Below, in pieces: positions 49,045 to 60,319 of a stretch of 64,000 nt of DNA. Made by a program: the position numbers and the translations under genes. The notes below the pieces were generated by a model that ran no database searches, was not told the DNA's origin, and saw only the letters and a program-made list of their open reading frames with translations. The stretch's first letter is position 1. The number at the start of each line of letters is the position of its first letter. The DNA comes from Takakia lepidozioides (lineage: Eukaryota; Plantae; Bryophyta), in NCBI GenBank assembly GCA_030704615.1, contig CM060732.1, positions 61,876,001-61,940,000 of the forward strand, in the 5' to 3' direction.

Positions 49045-50349
49045 GCACGAGTTCCTGAGCCATGAGGTACAGAGGTGGAGTTGGATCCACGGCGTGGGGA
49101 GGCAAGCCGTCAGGCTAGGCTTCCTCAGTCATTCACATTGGCGGAGATAGTATCGACGCCATCCATGGCACCTAGTTCTCGCCCGACTGTTACCGAGGTG
49201 GAGGTTACTATGCCATTGGGGAGAGCTACACGGGCAGCACCACTACCTAGTGTTTCCAAGGCTACGGCAGCCAGTGTGCTGCTGGGAGCGGCCACATCTG
49301 TGTGCCAGGCTCCATTGTTCTCGGCTACCATGATTGCGACGCCGGGGGTAAGACCAGCTGAGGTGTTCAGGCTGGCAGCTATACTCTGTAAGAGTGGGGA
49401 GCTTACTTCATCTTCTGCGGAGGTGGTGGGAGGTGTAGTGCCGGAGGGATCCTCGGATTTGAGGGTCAAGACTGCCACGGCGGCGCCATGGCAAGCTGCA
49501 GCTGCCAGGTTGATGGAGCTACCAGCTAGGCTAGCCATTGAGCGCGCCATGGTGATACCTGGAGTTGTTATGTTAGACAACCAGGATGGCATTTTCTGTT
49601 TGAGTGGACCGGCAGGGAAGAGGTACCGGCCATTGCGGGTCTTGTTGGACTCGGAAGCTCAGCCATTGATGTTGGGCAAAGCTGCTATTGCAGGCTTGGG
49701 CCTCACGGAGGCGAATATGGAGCCTTGTTCTTTCCAGATATAGACGTCTCTGGGAGGATTGGAGCAGGCTCGGGGCCTGATACGGCGTGAGTTGGCTATC
49801 AGACTACGGCCGGATCACCCTACAGTTGGCTCAGTGATGCGAACCAAGGCCATCGTGACAGACGCGGTCTCGTACGATGTTCTAGTTGGTGGGGCAGTGT
49901 TGTACCCCATGGGCTTCACCCTAGATTTTTGGGAGGAGTCGGCTTCCTATAGGCCTGGATGGCAGTCAGGGAGGTCGGCGTGTGCAGCTCCCTGTGACGT
50001 TCATAGGAGGAGTTGCGGTTGCCCAGCGGGGCAAGATGCCGACACTAGCAGCATTCACAGCTGCAGTGACTTGGCCTGGAGAGTTGTTGGATGACAACAC
50101 TCATTCAGAGGATGTGTCATCTCCGGGAGAGCAGGATGACATGCATGGTATGGCGGAGTTGCCTGCCATGGTTGCTCATACTCCATTGTGGGGCTCGAGC
50201 AAGGATTTGCAGCGGGTTGCTGATCGACGGGTGCAACAAGCCTGGGTAGAGGCTTTTGTACTGTCAGGAGATGAGGCCAGTGTGGGGATTGCACCAGGAC
50301 CACCTCAGTTGTCACCATTGGACACCACACCAATCATGTGGCAGTGTCC

Positions 50350-51320
50350 GGATGAAGGCATTTGTCTTTTGGACTTGTTTGGCGGGATCAGCACCGGATT
50401 GGTTGTTGTGTTACAGGTAGGTGTACGAGTTCAACGTTACCTGTATATGGAGAGGAATGAGACTGCACGACACGTTTCACTTCGCCATGTTACTCAGTTG
50501 GTGCAGCAGTACCCTGAATTGTTGCCGGTGTGTGCAGTTCATGGATATCAACAGGCCTTGCCAGCAGACATTTCGTTGCTGGGGGCGCAGGATTTGGAGC
50601 GGGTTGGCTCCATTGATCTGGTAGTGGCAGGTTGGCCCTGCCAAGGGCATTCATCAGCCGGGCATGGCAATGGATTGCGAGACTCAAGGTCGGGTCTGTT
50701 TTGGGAGATGGTGCGGGTTTTACGCCACTTGCAGCTTCATCAAGCTGTATCTCCAACATACATCTTGGAGAATGTGCCACTGATGGGCGATTCTCGGGCC
50801 AGGGTGATGGCCAGTGTGCATCAAGTCCGGTCGTGGCTTGGATCAGTAGTGTGCTAGATGCAGCTACAGTGGGGTCACGAGCTCATCGTCCACGACTATG
50901 GTGGACTAACTTGATGCCACCCGCACTGCTCAAGCGTGCATTTGATGGGGTGCAGCGGCCAGCACACCTCACGGTGGATAACATTTTGGACACAGGGAGG
51001 CAGTCTCAGAGTGTGAGACACGATGACCGTTCGCCTTTGGCAGTGGTCAACAAGGTGGGTCAACCACGAGCAGCATTACCTACACTGCTCAGTTTCCCAG
51101 GATCGCATGCTTTTCGGGATAGTGGACCTGGCCTCCTGTGGGATGCTCAGTTGCAGTAGTTAGTGGAGCCTAATGCTGATGAGCGTGAGCAGACAATGGG
51201 TTTTACCACTGGTACCACGGCGGTGCCGTCTCTTTCTGAGGCATCACGTCGTCATGTGTTGGGGCAAGCAATGGATCTCAATTGTTTGACATGGATTATC
51301 AGCTTGGCTATGGCTGAGTA
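50350..51320 (+). pseudogene. C5-cytosine DNA methyltransferase domain inside the retrotransposon pol
   Basis: Motifs in canonical order: I LLDLFGGI, II YMERN, III ADI, IV VVAGWPCQGHS (PC at 50636-50641), V DSRSGLF, VI ILENVP (ENV at 50768), VIII AHRPRLWW, IX EREQTMGF, X LGQAMD. One frameshift at ~50850 and one stop at 51157. Confidence 0.93.
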
Positions 51321-54300
51321 ACGCAGAGTGCGGAGTACACTTCTCTCGATGGTCTCTCTGCCTATCGAGACGGTACAGGCAGTGAGTGGGGGCGAGCATG
51401 AGAGGACCACGGGGTGCAGGCATCCATGGCACACGTGGGAGGTGCTCGAGGTTCAGAGGGAGTTGGCAGCCAGGGCAGCGGTGATGGATGAGGTTGGGGA
51501 TTTTTCTTGAGTTGAGGAAGTCCTCGAGGATGAGATGATGGGGCAGGATGAGGCCTTGTCATTGACTGAGCAGGCAGGGAGTACTGCTCAAGAGGTTGCA
51601 ACATAGCAACCACTGGATGCGTCCTCTATCTCTAAGCCCACTGGACTTAAGGTTCAATTGGGAGCCTGACATTGGACCCATTGTCACCGGAGGAGAGAGA
51701 CAACGTATACGGCGGTTTCTGAGGGCTTACAGAAATTGCTTTGCCTTCAGTTTGAAGGACTTGGGAGCACTGAAGGGTCAAGAGATTCGTATTGAGTTGG
51801 CCACTGACACGCCAATCTTTCGGAGACCCTATAGATACAGTGACATGGAGAGGTCTTTGATTCAGATGAGGACTCAAGATCTTTGGGAGGCTGGTTTGGT
51901 GGAGCTATCTAGTGGAGAGTATGCTTCAGCCACAGTGATGCCAGCCAAGAAGGATGTCTATGGCAATTGGACGGAGAGACGTATGTGCGGTGATTACCGG
52001 CCTGTAAATCGTCAGACCAAGTCCGATAAGTATGCCATGCCAACACCAGAGGAGATTTTTGATGCCATCGGGCATGCTAAGGTCTTTAGCACTTTGGATT
52101 TACGATCCGGATATCATCAGTTGCCGATCAAGGAGGCGGACAAGCAGAAGACGACATTCTGGGGGATCATGAGCACGGCAAGGATTGCCTATATCAGTGG
52201 CGGTTCTTACCATTTGGGCTTAAGAATGCTCCTGCAGAGTTTCAGAGAGTCATGGATAGGATTCTAGCAGGGGTGGACTTAACTCGGTGCTACATAGATG
52301 ACATCATCATCTTTAGTGCTACGATGGAGGAGCATAAGAGACACCTTCAGGTGGTATTGGAGCGCTTCAGAGAGCGCAGATTGAAGTTGCATCCAGGGAA
52401 GTGCAAGTTTTTCCACAACCAGATTGAGTATCTGGGTCACATGATATATCCTGGAGGATTGGGGGTACAGCAGACTAAGGTAGAGGCCATTGCACAAATT
52501 CCACGCCCCACGGATGTGAGCCGAGTTTGAGCTTTCATGGGTTTAGCAAACTTTATAGACGGTTTGTCAAGGGATTTAGTGCCATTGCAAAGGCTCTAAC
52601 CAAGCTCAAGGTGGACCAGGAGTGGCAGTGGGAAGATGAGCAGGAACGAGCTTTTCAAGAGCTCAAGGCGAGGTTGACCTCGGTGCCTATCCTGAGACAA
52701 CCTATCAGGGGGCGTCCCTTTCAGCTGCATACGGATTGGAGCATGCTGGGGGCTTGGAGCGGTGCTCACACAGGTGGATGATGAGGGAAGAGAGTTCGTA
52801 GTGGCTTATGCTAGTCGCTCGAATAACGCTACAGAGGCTAAGTACAGCTCATATGAGGGAGAGTGCTTAGCGACAGTGTGGGCCGTGGCACACTTCAGGT
52901 GCTATCTATACAACAATCTCTTCACCCTTGTCACGGATCACCAGCCACTCAAGTGGTTGATGGAATCAGACAAGCTTACGGGAAGCTTGCACGGTGGGCA
53001 CTCATACTCCAGGAGTATGACTTTCAGGTTGTGCATCGACCGGGTTTGGTCATCGGGATGCGGATGGATTGAGTCGCAATCCATGCACGAGCCAGTAGGA
53101 TGACACTAGAGCTCAGTGGCATGGTGAGACGGACGAGGAGATGGTGCCGGGATGGCATGCATCTGCCTTTTTGTGTATCTTGGCATCGGGAGGTCAGGTT
53201 GGACCTACAACAGGGATGACTGTAGATGGAGTGTCTGAGGACCCTGAGGCTAGTGATGAGCCAGGTGGTACCCGAGATATACATGAGGATTCGGCTGTGT
53301 TGGACTACCTCCGTACTGGAGACACAGCAGCCACTGTGATTGCCAAGGAGAGGGATCGGATCCTGCAACGAGCCAAGAGGTTCAAGTGGAAGGGATACAC
53401 CTGCTCCGAGTATGGGAGGATGGTCGGGTGAGGATTGTGCCTCACCCCACACAGCGTGCACGGTTAGTGCGGCATGCCCATGAGCAGTTGGGGCATTTTG
53501 GAGTGCGACGCATTCACAGTTTACTGCAAGGGCAGTATTGGTGGCGTGGTATGCATACAGAGGTGCAACAGTTCGTGGCTAGGTGCATGGTGTGTGACAG
53601 GGTGCGTGCTTCATTCAACGCCCCTACACCACAGTTGCATCTTTTACCAATCATGAGATTGGGCTACAGGTGGAGTCTTGACTTCGCAAGACCGTTGCCA
53701 CTGACTATGCGTCACCACAGATATGTGTTGGTGATGGTGGAGCACTTCTCCAAGTGGATTGAGTTGGTTCCATTGCCTGACAAGGCTAGTGAGGGGGCTG
53801 CGTATGCATTCTTGGATCGTGTGCTTAGCCGATTCGGTGCTCCAGCTGAGGTACTCACGGACCAAGGGAGAGAGTTCTTGGGGGAGTTTCAAACTTTGTG
53901 TGATAAAGCCTTGATAGACCACCGCACCACTTCTCGGGATCATCCTGAGGCCGATGGCTTGGCAGAGCGAGTTGTTCAGACGGTGAAGGGAGGTTTGCGC
54001 AAGTATGGCTTGTAGAAGGGACACCTAGGAGATTGGGATCTTCAGGTGCCTTGGTTAGCCATGGGCTACAGGTTCAGCAAACAAGCATCACTTGCCTCCT
54101 TCTCACTATATTTCCTTTTCTTTGGCCAAGAGCCGGATTTGTCTGCAGCCATCCGTAGGGCTACTGCTCAAGTCCTTAACCTTGACGATCCGGACGTGTG
54201 GTTACGTGCATGTGATCAACGTACAGAGTTGTTCAAGAAAATCATGCCGCTTTTGATAACCTTGCCATTGCACAACACCGTGATACGTTGAGGTATGCCA

Positions 54301-54571
54301 CTATACGTGGTGGAGATATCGTCCTGGGGTTCGGCGGTTTAGCCCGGGTGACTATGTTTATTTGCAGCAGACTGCTCCTACAACCCTGGATGTCACTGCA
54401 TGGCGGGTTATTCTGAGGGTTCGAGAGGTGTTGCCCTCAAGCGTCCTGATCTTGGAGGGTCGGGATGGCATGACTTGGAAAGACCATGTGTGTAATTGTG
54501 CGCCATGCCACCATCCCAATGTCGATGGCAGAGTTGACCCAAACTTGGCAGTGGTACTTGCAGATTTGAGG

Positions 54572-54706
54572 TGCATGCTCTGTGGTTCTACCAAAGGGGC
54601 AGACACCATGCTGGTGTGTGATCGATGCTCAAGAGGTTGGCATATGGGATGCTTGACACCACCTCTTGAGAGGGTTCCTGATGGAGATTGGTTATGTCTA
54701 CACTGC
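54572..54706 (+). other. PHD finger (Cys4-His-Cys3) at the integrase C-terminus
   Basis: CMLC-x11-CDRC-x4-H-x2-C...VPDGDWLCLHC, ending just before the stop at 54713-54715. Confidence 0.92.
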
Positions 54707-56479
54707 TTGGGATAGTGGCAGTGGACATGACTAGAGGCAGCTAACAAGACATAGGAGGCCGAGCTCATAGGAGTCAATACACGAGATCCCAGGCTCAAGT
54801 TCACAGGTTGCAAGACGGCGACTAACGATGGGGCAACTCTTGCACACGGCCTCTTGATCTATCGAGTTTGAGTGTAGTAGGGACAGTGGTGGAGGACTTA
54901 GTGAGGCTATGGTCACTATCACATCTTGTGGCTACCTGGACTTAGAGGGACCTAAGCACCAGCTAGGGCTAGCTTGAGCAGCTATTAACCATAATTCATA
55001 AAATGAAGGCAACCATCCACTAAAATTTATCACGCCGGCTCTCTGGCCGATATTTGGGATTGGCCCAAGTGTCAATCCAGGGGTCAAGGCAGATTTAGGC
55101 CCTGGAGTGGTTATCTTCACGGCAAGCACGGGAGGCTCATATTTCTCGAGTTGAGCCTCACCGCGCCTAGCTATGGCGCCGTAGTGTGGATTCCCCATGG
55201 CGTGGGGTGCACTTGGCTTGACTTGTATTTGAGTGATGAGTTTATATATGCATAAGTTTAAGCTTCAGCTTTGTGAGCTCGCATGAGCTTGTGCTTATAT
55301 TCTTCTTCTTTATCTATTGTGTGGACTAGTGACTGCCATAGTGGGCAGCATAGTGGCAGCCTAGTGACTGACTAGTTGTAGCCTAGTGGTTGGACTAGTG
55401 GCTGGACTAGTGGTGGACTAGTGGTATACTAGTGTGTGGAGCTTTGCCACTTCTGTTGCTGATAGAGTCATGGAAGGAAACTAATTATCTGTGGTAGAGC
55501 AGTAAATTGGTGGACCCATGAGGTCAAGCTCAAGATTGCTGAGAGGCAGGCGCTCTATAAGGACTGCTGTAATATCAAAGATGAAAAAATGCTCTGGTCT
55601 AGATACTACCAACTGCGTAAAGAGGTCAATCAGCTTGTAAGGGATCAAAAGAGGCTTTACTGGGAGAAGTTGTAAGTGACATAAACTTAACCCACCATGG
55701 TCGTAATGACAAAAGATTATGGTTGGCCTTACAGCCAATCATCATAAGACCAACAATTGCACAACCAATACATGTACCCTACCTGGATCTGTCGGTATGT
55801 CTGTATGTAGGGGGTGCTGAACATGTAGGATCAGGGTTAGGGTAGCCTTCTTTCCGTTTAAGGTACTTAGGGAGAGGAGTAGGTCATACACATGCAAGGC
55901 ACAAAAGTTTGTTCAGGTACACATACACTAAAAAATATTCTAAAGTTATAAATTCTTTTATCATATTTAAATCTAAAAACTTGTGTAGAATTTGAACCCA
56001 CAAAAACTGCCCAATGTGCAGTCAAGTTCCCACCCCCCTCCCACATTTAGTCTTCAACAATAAAATACAATAGATAAATAACCTTACAGTTCATTGATTT
56101 TCTACTCTAGTGGAATATTACGTCTAAATTTGATGGGGACAAAATTCTCTATAGTAGTAACAAGAGAATTCCAGGAAAGAGTAGTAATTTGTGTAGATGA
56201 CTTGTAATATTTGTAGGGTTGAGATCCTATTCCTGTTAACGAAATTTAAAACCACTTCACCAACTTCTTATGATTCTAGTTAAACTACAGTAGATATACA
56301 CCCTTGGTTTTCTAAAGTTCCAAATGTAGAAGTATATGCACATGCGTTGTGTGGTTTTGGACAACGATGTAGTTGTGTAGCGATATGTATGCGCACGACA
56401 CCCCATACCCGAGTCCTCTCCTATTGTTGTGGAAGCAGTTATAACGCTTAATAAAAGAGGTATAGAAAGAATGGAATGG

Positions 56480-57780
56480 TCATTGTGAAACTTACTGAGG
56501 TTTTCTTATTGAAGAAGAGGTGAAAAAAAAAGTTGGGTGAGTCATCATGAATCTTACTTAGGGATTCTTGCATGAACAAGAGGCAAGAAAAGTTTGGATG
56601 CTCATTGTCAAGCTATCTGACGTTTCCAATATTTCATCCATGGTGGATGGATGATGGATGGATGATGAAATATGAAGGAGAGGTTAAAAATAATGAGGAT
56701 GGGCAAGAACAGGCCCCAAAATATGACCCCTCATTGTGAAACAGGCAATGGTTTTTGTTAATGTAGATGAGGTGAAAATTAAACAGATGATCATCTTCAA
56801 GCTTATTTAGGCTTTGTTTGTGAAGAAGATGTGTAACAAAATAAGCGGTTTATTGTGGAACTTGTTCAGGTTTTTGTTATTGAAGATGAGGTGAAAAAAA
56901 AACACATGGTCGTTGTGAATGCTTATTTAGGGTTTCTTTGTGAAGAAGAGGTAAAAGAAAAAACATTGAGCTATCCTTGTGAAACTTGTTTAGGATTTTG
57001 TTATTGAAGAAGAGATGAAAAAAAATCAGATGGTCATCATGAATGCTTATTTAGGGTTTGTTTGTGAAGAGAGGTGAAAAAAAATTAAACTCTATCATTG
57101 TCAAACTTGTTCAGGTTTCTGTTATTGAAAAAGAGGTGAAAAAAGAAATCAGATGGTCATTATGAATGTTTATTTAGGGTTTGTTTGTGAAGAAGAGGTG
57201 AAAAAATTAAGCTCTCATTCTCAAACTTGTTAGGGTTTGTTTGTGAAGAAGAGGTGAAAAAAAAAATTGAGCTCTATCATTGTCAAACTTCTTCAGGTTT
57301 CTGTTATTGAAGAAGAGGTGAAAAAAAAATCAGATGGTCATCATGAATAAATTAGGGATTGTTTGTGAAGAAGAGGTGAAAAAAAAACTTGAGCTCTATC
57401 ATTGTCAAACTTGTTCAGGTTTCTGTTATTGAAGAAGAGATGAAAAAAAAACCAGATGTTCATCATGAATGCTTATTTAGAATTTGTTTGTGAAGAAGAG
57501 GTGAAAAAAAAACTTGAGCACTATCATTGTCAAACTTGTTCAAGTTTCTGTTATTGAAGAAGAGGTGAAAAAAAAAAATCATATGGTCATCATGAATGCT
57601 AATTTAGGGTTCATTTGTGTAGAGGACGTGGAAAACAAATGAGCTGTCATTGTGAAACTTGTTCAGGTGCCTCTTATTCAAGAAGAAGTGGAAAAAAAAA
57701 CAGATGGTCATCATGAAGCTCATTTACGCAATGCTTCTGTAGAGGCCGTGAAAAAAACAAATGAGTATCATTTGTCCATG
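56480..57780. repeat. Tandem repeat with ~120-bp period made of two related ~60-bp subunits (GAAGAAGAGGTGAAAAAAA core, TTTAGGGTTT in one subunit)
   Basis: CAGATGGTCATCATGAATG recurs at ~57027, 57150, 57331, 57453 and 57580. Confidence 0.9.
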
Positions 57781-57973
57781 TTTTACAGCCCCGCGAATTT
57801 TTATTTATTTATTTTTTCCGGGGCTATGTTGGGGTGGGGGTGGGTGCAGAAGTGGTGTGCGTTGACGCACACACTTTTAGAGGCTCGTAAACCAAACCCG
57901 ATGAAAAAAAAAACTACCTTTCATAACAAGACATCGCCTGCTTGTCCTAATTTAAGAACTGTGTATACATGTT

Positions 57974-58464
57974 CTACAAACAAAGCAGCCCTTTCCGACA
58001 TTGCGGAAAATCGCAACATATGCAACAGTACTCGATATTGCCAATGTCTCGCTGCAAAAGTGTCCGTACCTCACCAGGACCAAGTGTCACCTGGTAAATG
58101 ATTTGGTCTCTTTTGGGATCACAATACATCCTGCGCAAAAAGATGTAGTAAAGATGCTTGCAGGGAACCCATTTCCCTCTCTTTCCTAGAGCTTCCTCAC
58201 GCATGCACACGAAGTCGGGACAGGTACACCCCGAAAAATTTCCCACCCTCACCTGATAGGCCCTGTCGTGCAAAACAGACTCAGATGTGACCAAAGTATA
58301 AACCCGTCCATACCCAGGTGAAGGTACTTCCATAGTTCCTGTTACCCGTTTGGCCGATTCTACCTTCACGTCGTGATCAGGCCCCGAAGCCACCCGATGC
58401 ACTGTTTTGCCATTTCTTTTCGTGGGATGCGAAGTATCGTCTAGAGGAGCACCATAGCAGCAAG
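57974..58464 (-). pseudogene. MULE transposase piece D (C-terminal SWIM zinc finger)
   Basis: YQVRVG...CTCPDF...CKHLYYIF; begins at the hAT 8-mer (GCAGCAAG, 58457-58464). Confidence 0.8.
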
Positions 58465-59290
58465 CCTAGTTGCAAATTTGGAGGTGACTTGGCGTTGACG
58501 CATCAGCGTCACGTCCGACGTCAGTGACGGACGTGCGTCACGTCACGTCCTAAACCGACGTTACTGTACATAAATATGTTTTTTTTTTTTACTTTACTAT
58601 TGACTATTTACTATGAGAACCGACGTGGCAACCGATGTGGCCTCATTACATGGACTTCATTAATTATCTGTAAAATTAATATATTATGATTTATATTGTC
58701 AATCATGCGATCATCAGCAAAGGTTGGTCGGACAAATTTTTATTTTTTTAAAATAGGTGCGACCACCAGAAGGGGTGGTCGCAAAAAATTTCTTATTTTT
58801 TAAATGGGTGCGACCACTAGCAGGTGCTGGTCGCAGCATTTTCATTTTTGTTAATAGGTGCAACCACAAGCAGAGGGTGACCGCACATTTTTTCTTTTTT
58901 TTAAATTGGGTGCGACCACCAGCAAATGTTGGTCGCAATTTTTTCTTTTAAAAAAAATAGGTGCGACCACCAGCAGGTGGTGGTCGTAACTTTTTCATTT
59001 TTTTAAAATAGGTGCGACCACCACTAGAGGATGGTCGCACATTTTTATTTATTTTTTAAATGGGTGCGACCACCAGCAGGGGATGGTCGCACATTTTGTA
59101 ATTATTTTTTAAATGGGTGCGACCACCAGCCGGTGGTGGTCGCAAACTTTTTCTTTTTTGTTATTAGGTGCGACGCCGCTCCTTGGACACGTGACGAGGC
59201 GTGAATGGGCAGCAGAGGGGTCGCACGTCAGGCCTCTCCAGGCAGTATATAAGGGCCTACCCCTCATTCCCAACCCACTTTTTTCCCTCT
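58465..59290 (+). mobile_element. Opposite end of the 35.4-kb hAT element, now inverted
   Basis: CCTAGTTGCA terminus, ACGT-rich block, ~8-9 GGTGCGACCACC hairpins (58755-59170), TATA at 59246; flanked by the reverse complement of the same 8-bp TSD. Confidence 0.8.
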
Positions 59291-59523
59291 CTGTGAGTGC
59301 GGTTCTGGGGCTTCTTGGAGTTTGAACTTCAATGGCCAGGACTGAGCGTGGGGGGGAGAAAGTGGATTTGTGTGGGGAAGGAGTTTTTGCCCTTTTTTCC
59401 TGGGATTTGGGTCCTATACCAATAGAGGGTGAGGAAATTGGTCTGCTAGTATATAAGGTAATCAATAGTTTGGGTTTAGTTTTCCGTTACGAAGCCGCGT
59501 CTATTCCGCAGAGTACTTTCATC

Positions 59524-60018
59524 ATGTCCGGAAACGTTGCTTCGAACGCAGTGTCAGGGGGTTCCTCGGGAAGTGGGCGTAAAGGTAGGAAGCGTAAACA
59601 TGCACATGAACGGGATAGTCAGGTCAACAAAAAAGACTCTCCAAGCGCAGAGGCCACGAAGGTGGTGAAGCAAGTAATGCTGGATTATTTGAAGGACAAT
59701 GACATAATGCGTTTGAATCTTTTGTATGTCCGACATGGGAATGAGGGGTTCCTTAGATTCCAGCACAATATGGAGATGAGAATGAGGGAGGCTTTGGCCG
59801 GGGATGAATGGGAGGAGGACAGCGAAGTTCCAGTTCACGAAATGGATGGAGGACGGGGCCTATGATGCTACATGGAATCTGAGGCAAACCATGGACAAGT
59901 TTGTTACGAGAACACCTGTAGCTGAAGGTTGCATGCCAACTTCGGAGGAAGAGTTGTTTGTGCTTGTGGATTGGTGGTTTGACATGGCAAAGGCCCACGC
60001 CAAACGACGTACAAAACC
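59524..60018 (+). pseudogene. Unknown protein read inward from the second hAT end; frameshifted and truncated
   Basis: MSGNVAS..GRKGRKRKH (NLS-like) plus a helical region in ORFs 59332-59865 and 59804-60070, downstream of a TATA layout like that of the transposase. Confidence 0.5.
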
Positions 60019-60319
60019 TGGGGGGTGCACTCTTTATAAACTGTGTGTATCACGTGCGTTCGTCGCCTAATAAAAAAAACCCCTGTATACGGGTCCTTGG
60101 ATAATTTATACCCCCTCTGTACATATTTTTTGAAGATTATAAAACCCCTCCTGTAAATATACAAAAATTTACAATTTTAAAAAGTACCCCCTTCTGTATG
60201 TATATTCTCATTTTCCATCATTAAAAATAACCCTCCAATATGTATATGTATGTTTTTATATTACATCGAAATTACTCATTTAAAACATAATAAAATATAA
60301 CAAATTAATTTAAAAAAAA

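Larger units (their letters stand above)
49045..54715 (+). mobile_element. Ty3/Gypsy retrotransposon polyprotein: protease - C5 DNA methyltransferase - RT - RNase H - integrase - PHD finger; degenerate; 5' part cut off at the chromovirus LTR
   Basis: VLLDSEA (protease); MTase motifs; [33 protein letters not shown]; LHTDWS, TDHQPL; H..H..CMVC, SLDF, TDQG, AERVV; PHD. Confidence 0.93.

Noticed and set aside
55808-55830. GGGGGTGCTG as the missing second MULE terminus
   Set aside because: Similarity to 33509 is only ~9 bp and the flank does not match the expected target duplication.
54720-56460. 3' LTR of the DNMT-Gypsy element
   Set aside because: No second copy in the window and no clear PPT-TG boundary, so its limits cannot be supported.
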